DNA from: Xanthobacteraceae bacterium
GTDB taxonomy: Bacteria > Pseudomonadota > Alphaproteobacteria > Rhizobiales > Xanthobacteraceae
Direction: 5' to 3'
DNA: 64,000 nt
Assembly: GCA_035440445.1 (NCBI GenBank)
Contig: DAORMJ010000017.1
Location: 6,635-70,634, forward strand
The position numbers and the translations under genes are program-made. The notes under the pieces were generated by a model. That model saw only the letters and a list, made by a program, of their open reading frames with translations, was not told the DNA's origin and did not search any database. Shown here one piece after another: positions 59,732 to 64,000 of the stretch (positions within the stretch are counted from its first letter, which is position 1; each line of letters starts with the position of its first letter).

Positions 59732-60522
59732 GCAGGCTCGCCGGCCGCATCGCCCTCGTCACTGGTGCTGCGCGCGGCATCGGGCTTGCCATTGCCAGGC
59801 GCTTCATCGCGGACGGCGCGAAGGTCGTCCTCTCCGATGTTGACGAGAAGACCGGCCGCGAAGCCGCCAGAGCGCTCGGGGCTGATGCGCAATTTATCTC
59901 CTGCGATGTCGGCGACGCCGAAGCCGTCGCAGCCCTCGTGGACTCGGCCATCGAGAAGCAAGGTGCGATCGACATTCTCGTGAATAATGCCGGGATCATT
60001 CACACCGCCGATTTCCTCGAAATTTCCGAGCACGATTTCGACCGCGTGCTGCGCGTGAACCTCAAGGGCTCGTTCCTGTGCGGACAGGCGGCGGCAAGAC
60101 AGATGGTGCGGCAGGCAAAAGCCGGACGAAAGCCCGGCGCGATCATCAACATGTCGTCGATCAATTCGGTGGTCGCGATCCCCAATCAGGTGCCCTACTC
60201 GGTGTCGAAAGGCGGCGTGCAGCAGCTCACGAAAGTCATGGCGCTGTCGCTGGCGCCCCATGGCATTCGCGTGAATGCGATCGGCCCCGGCTCGATTGCG
60301 ACCGAAATTCTCGCAGGCATCGCGACCGACAAGGCTGCCAAGAAACGGATTCTTTCGCGCACGCCCTTGCAGCGTATCGGCGCGGCGGACGAGATTGCGG
60401 GCGTCGCGTCCTTCCTCGCCTCCGACGACGCCAGCTACATCACCGGCGAAACGATCTTTCCCGATGGCGGACGGCTTGCGCTGAATTACATCGTCGACGT
60501 CAAGGACGAGGCGCTGGAGTAG
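59728..60522 (+). CDS. SDR family oxidoreductase
   Basis: 264 aa. TGAARGIGLAIA...NNAGI...YSVSKGGV. ATGA overlap with the upstream gene. Confidence 0.9.
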   Translation: MSRLAGRIALVTGAARGIGLAIARRFIADGAKVVLSDVDEKTGREAARALGADAQFISCDVGDAEAVAALVDSAIEKQGAIDILVNNAGIIHTADFLEISEHDFDRVLRVNLKGSFLCGQAAARQMVRQAKAGRKPGAIINMSSINSVVAIPNQVPYSVSKGGVQQLTKVMALSLAPHGIRVNAIGPGSIATEILAGIATDKAAKKRILSRTPLQRIGAADEIAGVASFLASDDASYITGETIFPDGGRLALNYIVDVKDEALE

Positions 60523-60526
60523 CGCA

Positions 60527-60561
60527 TAAAAAAAGCCGGGCAAAAAAAGCCCGGCTTTTTC
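60527..60561. terminator. bidirectional Rho-independent terminator
   Basis: GCCGGGC-AAAAAAA-GCCCGGC is flanked by A7 and T5. It lies between the convergent SDR and DUF1013 genes. Confidence 0.8.
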
Positions 60562-60580
60562 AGTTTCTCTTGCGAGAAAA

Positions 60581-61273
60581 TTACTCGCTCTCGCTGCGCT
60601 TCAGGCCGCCGAGTTTTGCGAAGACCGAGTTCGCATCGATGTTCTGTTTGCGGTCGTCGAGCGGCTGATCGGCATCCTGCTCCGGCTGCGCGGTGGTCTG
60701 TTCAGCGGGAAGCAGGGTGCGCGAAGGCTCCTGCGCCTCGATCACGCGGCCCTTGGAGGCGCGGCGCACTTCGTTGTCGAGATCGATCTGCGAGCAAAGC
60801 CCGAGCATCACCGGATCGCGCGCCTGCAGGTTTGCCGAGTTCCAGTGCTTGCGCTCGCGCACCGACTGGATGGTCGACTTCGTGGTGCCGACGAGGCGCA
60901 TGATCTGCGCGTCTTTCAATTCAGGATGGTTCTTGACCAGCCACAGGATCGCGTCCGGGCGATCCTGCCGCTTGGAGACGGGCGTGTAGCGCGGACCCTT
61001 CTTCGACTTCGGCTCCGGCAGGCGCACCTTGGCGTCGGCCATGGCGAGCTTGTGGTTCGGATCGGCAATCGCGGCATCGAGCTCTTCGCGGGTCAGCTGG
61101 CCGGAGGCGACCGGATCAAGGCCCTTGATGCCTTGCGCGACTTCGCCGTCGGCAATGCCCTTCACCTCGAGCGGGTGAAGCCTGCAGAAATCCGCGATCT
61201 GATCGAACGAGAGCGAGGTATTATCCACCAGCCAAACGGCGGTGGCCTTGGGCATTAACGGCGTATGCGACAT
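60581..61273 (-). CDS. DUF1013 family protein (TrcR-like cell-cycle regulator of alphaproteobacteria)
   Basis: 230 aa. MPKATAVWLVDNTSLSFDQIADFCRLHPLEVKGIADGEVAQGIKGLDP...RYTPVSKRQDRPDAILWLVKNHPELKD. Confidence 0.7.
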   Translation of the reverse strand: MSHTPLMPKATAVWLVDNTSLSFDQIADFCRLHPLEVKGIADGEVAQGIKGLDPVASGQLTREELDAAIADPNHKLAMADAKVRLPEPKSKKGPRYTPVSKRQDRPDAILWLVKNHPELKDAQIMRLVGTTKSTIQSVRERKHWNSANLQARDPVMLGLCSQIDLDNEVRRASKGRVIEAQEPSRTLLPAEQTTAQPEQDADQPLDDRKQNIDANSVFAKLGGLKRSESE

Positions 61274-61501
61274 GATTTTCGCGCCTCTACCGCGTCAACA
61301 AAAACAAACGCCATCCGGGTACGGTTTCGCGAGCGCCGCCGCTATTTTTCGATAGCGGAGCCTCGGTAAAAACGTCCGTGAGATGACCGGGGTTGGCGCC
61401 TATATAAGGGGGTGCCCCGTCCAAATCAACGCGAGTTTGGGGTAAAGGTTGACTTGCGACCCCGGCCTCGCCGATCAAGACGTCTCAAAGGCTTGAAATT
61501 T

Positions 61502-62479
61502 ATGCTTCTTTCGCCCGGTTCCACCCTGCCCCGCCTGCGCGTGCTCCTCTGCGCGCCGCGCGGTTTCTGCGCGGGCGTGGTGCGGGCGATCGACGCAGTG
61601 GAGCAGGCGCTTCGGAAATACGGCCCCCCGGTCTATGTCCGCCACGAGATCGTGCACAACAAATACGTGGTCGAAAGCCTGCGCCGCAAAGGCGCGATTT
61701 TCGTCGAGGAACTGACCCAAGTGCCGGACGGCGACCGCCCGGTGATCTTCTCGGCCCATGGCGTGCCGAAATCGGTGCCGGACGAGGCCGACAAACGAAA
61801 GCTCTTCGCAATCGACGCGACCTGCCCGCTCGTCACCAAGGTGCATCGCGAAGCCATGGTGCACGCCAAGCGCGGCCGCGAAATTCTTCTGATCGGCCAC
61901 GCCGGCCACCCCGAGACCGTGGGCACCATGGGCCAGTTGCCGCCGGGCGCGGTCACGCTGATCGAAACCGCGGAAGATGCGCGCGCGATCCAGCCGAAAA
62001 ATCCGGAGGCGCTTGCCTACGTCACGCAGACCACGCTTTCAGTGGACGACACCGCCGAGATGGTCGCGATCCTGAAAACACGGTTTCCTGCGATCACCGG
62101 CCCGCACAAGGAAGACATCTGCTACGCGACCACGAACCGGCAGGAAGCGGTGAAGAACGTCGCGCCGCAAGTCGAAGCCATGATCGTGGTCGGCGCGCCG
62201 AACTCGTCGAACTCGCAGCGCCTGCGCGAAGTCGCGGAGCGTTCCGGCTGCCGCGCCACCGCGCTGGTGCAACGCGCGGACGACATCGACTGGACCGTGT
62301 TCGGCAATGTTGCGAGCCTCGGCATCACCGCGGGCGCATCCGCGCCGGAAGTGTTGGTCGAAGAAATCATCGACGCTTTTTCAAAGCGCTACGCGGTCGA
62401 AGTCGACGTCTATGCCGGCCCGCAGGAAGACGTGTTCTTCCCGCTGCCGCGCGAGTTGCGCGATACGGCCGCGGAGTAA
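61502..62479 (+). CDS. ispH: 4-hydroxy-3-methylbut-2-enyl diphosphate reductase
   Basis: Start at the ATG at 61502. [17 protein letters not shown]...[10 protein letters not shown]...FSAHGV...[11 protein letters not shown]...[10 protein letters not shown]. Confidence 0.95.
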   Translation: MLLSPGSTLPRLRVLLCAPRGFCAGVVRAIDAVEQALRKYGPPVYVRHEIVHNKYVVESLRRKGAIFVEELTQVPDGDRPVIFSAHGVPKSVPDEADKRKLFAIDATCPLVTKVHREAMVHAKRGREILLIGHAGHPETVGTMGQLPPGAVTLIETAEDARAIQPKNPEALAYVTQTTLSVDDTAEMVAILKTRFPAITGPHKEDICYATTNRQEAVKNVAPQVEAMIVVGAPNSSNSQRLREVAERSGCRATALVQRADDIDWTVFGNVASLGITAGASAPEVLVEEIIDAFSKRYAVEVDVYAGPQEDVFFPLPRELRDTAAE

Positions 62480-62483
62480 CCAC

Positions 62484-63449
62484 GTGGCCGTCTATACCGA
62501 AGTCAGCGACGATCAACTCGACGCCTTCCTTGCCGGTTACGACATCGGCGAGCTGATGTCCTTCAAGGGCATCGCCGAAGGCGTCGAAAACACGAACTAC
62601 ATGCTGCATACGAACCGCGGCTATTATTTCCTGACGCTCTATGAAAAGCGCGTCGATCCGAAAGATCTGCCCTTCTTCATCGGTTTGATGGAACATTGCG
62701 CCGCGCGCGGGCTGAATTGTCCGCAGCCGGTGAAGAACAAAAAGGGCGAAACGCTCGGCGAACTCGGTGGACGCCCGGCGGCGATCATCACCTTCCTGGA
62801 AGGCATTTCGGTGCGCCGCCCCGGCAACGCGCATTGCGCAGCACTTGGCCAGGCACTCGCGCAGTTTCACAAGGCGGGCGAAGGTTTTGCGCTCCGCCGT
62901 CCGAATGCGCTCGGCCCCGAAGGCTGGCAGAAGCTGGCCGCCCAATGCGTCGGCCGCGCCGACGAGATCGCGCCGGGACTTGCAGCACTGATCGAGGAAG
63001 AGGTCGTCTATCTTTCCGCGCGCTGGCCGGACAACCTGCCCGCGGGCGTGATCCATGCGGATCTATTCCCCGACAACGTGTTCTTTCTCGGTGACAAGCT
63101 CTCCGGCCTGATCGATTTCTATTTCGCCTGCAACGATCTCCTCGCCTACGACATTGCGATCTGTTTGAACGCCTGGTGCTTCGAGATCGACGGCTCCTTC
63201 AACGTCACCAAGGGCAAGGCCTTGCTGTCGAGCTACAACAGCGTGCGCCCGCTCGCGCAGGAAGAAGTCGAAGCGCTGCCGCTGCTCGCGCGCGGCTCGG
63301 CGCTGCGTTTCCTGCTCACGCGCACCTATGACTGGTTGAACGTGCCGCCCGGCGCGCTGGTGCGTCCCAAGGACCCGAAAGAATATTTGAAGAAGCTGCA
63401 GTTCCACCGGCGCATTGCGCGCGCGAGTGATTACGGGCTTGTGGCGTGA
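62484..63449 (+). CDS. thrB: homoserine kinase (ThrB type II, APH fold)
   Basis: GTG start at 62484, 4 nt after the ispH stop. (M)[42 protein letters not shown]...[13 protein letters not shown]. Confidence 0.9.
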   Translation: MAVYTEVSDDQLDAFLAGYDIGELMSFKGIAEGVENTNYMLHTNRGYYFLTLYEKRVDPKDLPFFIGLMEHCAARGLNCPQPVKNKKGETLGELGGRPAAIITFLEGISVRRPGNAHCAALGQALAQFHKAGEGFALRRPNALGPEGWQKLAAQCVGRADEIAPGLAALIEEEVVYLSARWPDNLPAGVIHADLFPDNVFFLGDKLSGLIDFYFACNDLLAYDIAICLNAWCFEIDGSFNVTKGKALLSSYNSVRPLAQEEVEALPLLARGSALRFLLTRTYDWLNVPPGALVRPKDPKEYLKKLQFHRRIARASDYGLVA

Positions 63450-63459
63450 AGAGGAATAG

Positions 63460-63900
63460 ATGACCGATCGCGTGAAGATTCATTCCGATGGCGCCTGTTC
63501 CGGCAATCCCGGTCCCGGCGGCTGGGGCGCGATCGTCGAGCACAAAGGTGCGCGCACCGAACTGAAGGGCGGCGAGCCCATGACCACCAACAACCGCATG
63601 GAGTTGATGGCCGCGATCATGGCGCTCGAATCCCTGCCTCCCAAATGCGAGGCCGACATCTACACCGACTCGCAATATGTGAAGGGCGGCATCACCGGCT
63701 GGATCAAGAACTGGAAGCGAAACGGCTGGAAGACAGCAGACAAGAAGCCGGTAAAGAACATCGAGCTGTGGCAGCGGCTGGAAGCGGCCGCACTCCAGCA
63801 TCAGGTCGCATGGCACTGGCTCAAGGGCCACGCCGGACACGCCGAAAACGAACGCGCCGACGAACTCGCGCGCGAGGGCATGCGGCCGTTTTTGCGTTAA
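63460..63900 (+). CDS. rnhA: ribonuclease HI
   Basis: 146 aa. [20 protein letters not shown]...[12 protein letters not shown]...DSQYV...[20 protein letters not shown]. Confidence 0.95.
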   Translation: MTDRVKIHSDGACSGNPGPGGWGAIVEHKGARTELKGGEPMTTNNRMELMAAIMALESLPPKCEADIYTDSQYVKGGITGWIKNWKRNGWKTADKKPVKNIELWQRLEAAALQHQVAWHWLKGHAGHAENERADELAREGMRPFLR

Positions 63901-64000
63901 CTGTCATTCCGGACGCGCGCTTTGGCGCGCGATCCGGAATCCAGAAGCGACACAGCAAAGCCTGTGCGAGTTTCCCTGGATTCCGGGTTCGCTCGTTTCA
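63901..64000. repeat. composite REP-like element (GTCATTCCGG family), truncated by the window end
   Basis: ctgtcattccggacgcgcgctttggcgcgcgatccggaatcc...ggattccgggttcgc is the inverted copy of 34433-34542. It starts 1 nt after the rnhA stop. Confidence 0.8.

Overview
This is a 64-kb, visibly high-GC chromosomal segment. Its gene content, gene order and repeat types fit the conserved core of an alphaproteobacterium of the Hyphomicrobiales/Bradyrhizobiaceae type; that placement is inference, since no search was possible. I support about 60 protein genes, nearly all housekeeping.

Gene content, left to right:
- serC (partial), two Omp25/RopB-like porins and glmM.
- A long co-directional minus-strand block: ftsH-tilS-cpoB-pal-tolB-tolA-tolR-tolQ-ybgC-ruvB-ruvA-ruvC.
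- yebC, a YmdB-like phosphoesterase, 5-formyl-THF cyclo-ligase, a probable 6S RNA, zapA and a DUF4164 gene.
- A plus-strand central-carbon block: tkt-gap-pgk-fba.
- efp, suhB, rpmE, rcdA, a 7TM PAS-GGDEF-EAL sensor and cspA.
- Acyl-CoA metabolism genes, an IclR/Bug/M24 module, prpE, ispH, thrB and rnhA.

I saw no rRNA, tRNA, CRISPR array, transposase, integrase or recognisable defence island. I did not find a clear-cut novel multi-gene system.

The observations most worth a second look:
1. An orphan MotA/ExbB-like plus MotB/OmpA-like stator pair with a long periplasmic coiled coil (32.4-34.4 kb).
2. A gene-free, GC-rich, heavily structured region of about 1 kb upstream of cspA (45.1-46.1 kb).
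3. An sRNA-like unit with a CCUCCC motif downstream of a DUF1192 gene (37.43-37.55 kb).
4. Two inverted CTAG-bounded long palindromes (4.74-4.91 kb).
5. A secreted internally duplicated Cys-rich protein next to a DUF4424 protein (5.0-7.1 kb).
6. An AT-richer DUF559 insertion flanked by three copies of one hairpin (46.57-47.17 kb).
7. A 33-codon membrane mini-ORF between gap and pgk.

All functional calls rest on my recognition of translated sequence and synteny. None has been verified by a database search. Many long track ORFs are antisense shadows typical of high-GC DNA and were rejected.
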